From contig JAQGDQ010000711.1 of assembly GCA_030141605.1 (NCBI GenBank), positions 44,789-108,788 of the forward strand: a stretch of DNA of 64,000 nucleotides, given 5' to 3'. The stretch comes from Tubiluchus corallicola. Taxonomy: Eukaryota > Animalia > Priapulida. The notes beneath the pieces are model-generated. The model ran no database searches, was not told where the DNA came from, and worked only from the letters and a program-made list of their open reading frames with translations. Below, one piece after another: positions 62,836 through 64,000 of the stretch (position 1 is the first letter of the stretch; each line of letters starts with the position of its first letter). A program made the translations under genes and the position numbers.

Positions 62836-63635
62836 AGTGGTCAATTAAGGCAGTCCAATGTTGTGTTTGTTCTGCATTCTTGTTGACACAGTAACTTCTA
62901 TTTAATAAGTTATTAAATTAATATTTGACAAGAAAATATTGTTAGTACCAATCAAGCCAAGCCTGTTATGTAACTGTTATCATTTATATTGAATTACTAT
63001 AACTAATTTGATTCATATTAATTTGTTTTCTGATTTACATTTTAAAATTATCCACTTTACCCTTAAAGAACACTGTAAATGTGTTAAAACATCAAGATTC
63101 TTCTTTATTACCTGTAATACTTACCTTGAAAACTTAATTAACAGCTGCTGAGCTAAAATGATGATGATGTCGCGAGCGGGAAAATTTTTTCGCAAAGGCT
63201 GAAATCTTTCACGACCGTTTCCTACGTATTTGTCAAATTTAAAATTGAAAGACGGTGTAACATTGACAATAACGCACAAAACTTGGCTATTTTTATTTTC
63301 GCAATTGTGTATTAAAACTGGGCAGTTTTTCACTATTTTTTAATATTTAACATGTCATTGTGCAAAGAATGAACAAATATCATGTAGTCAAACCATTGTG
63401 TCTCTGATACCTTGGGTATAATAGACAAAATTTGTATTGTCAGCAGTGTTTTTCATCACTATCGTTTATCATTTATCGATAGTAAACCTACTATTCATTT
63501 ATTCAAAGTCTTTTATTTATAAAATAAAATGAAATGAAAGTACAATGGTAATTTATACGCAAAATAGATAAAAATACAAATGATTCCTCTATTTGCAGGG
63601 GAAGATGCTTTAATGAACTAACTAGATAAACACTG

Positions 63636-64000
63636 GTAGATATATACATAAAGTACATGAAGAAAGTAGACATATACATAAAGTACATGAAGAAAGTAGA
63701 TATATACATAAAGTACACGAAGAAAGTAGATATATACATAAAGTACATGAAGAAAGTAGATATATACATAAAGTACATGAAGAAAGTAGATATATACATA
63801 AAGTACACGAAGAAAGTAGATATATACATAAAGTACATGAAGAAAGTAGATATATACATAAAGTACACGAAGAAAGTAGATATATACATAAAGTACACGA
63901 AGAAAGTAGATATATACATAAAGTACACGAAGAAAGTAGATATATACATAAAGTACACGAAGAAAGTAGATATATACATAAAGTACATGAAGAAAGTAGA
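63636..64000. repeat. Minisatellite, 30-bp unit (gtagatatatacataaagtacatgaagaaa), at least 12 copies, runs off the window
   Basis: Direct reading. Confidence 0.96.

Overview
This is AT-rich, repeat-dense eukaryotic DNA, most likely from an invertebrate animal (inferred from spliceosomal introns, LINE/SINE/MITE content and gene types). It is not a prokaryotic window. Three + strand genes are recognisable. (1) The 3' half of an adenylyl cyclase type 9 (ADCY9-like) gene, with exons 18559-18715, 28283-28430 and a large terminal exon from 33668. Its C2 catalytic domain is cut by a 2-nt (TA) frameshift near 35285. (2) An intronless ENOSF1/L-fuconate dehydratase CDS (43426-44781) with a remodelled substrate-capping loop. 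(3) A multi-exon Sp17-like gene from 48780, running past the window end, with an RIIa D/D domain, at least three IQ repeats and an upstream RFX X-box. The most unusual signal is a pair of exons inside the ADCY9 C1b intron, encoding an OTU-like cysteine protease with an intact Cys/His/Asn triad and a possible ubiquitin/UBX-like segment. Both exons are phase 2-2 with lengths divisible by 3, so they could splice in frame into the cyclase. The rest is satellites, microsatellites, DNA-transposon MITEs (hAT-, piggyBac-, Tc1/pogo-, PIF- and Kolobok-like) and LINE/SINE fragments, several nested with clear target-site duplications (TSDs). All exon joins were read by eye and family calls come from remembered motifs; none has transcript or database support.
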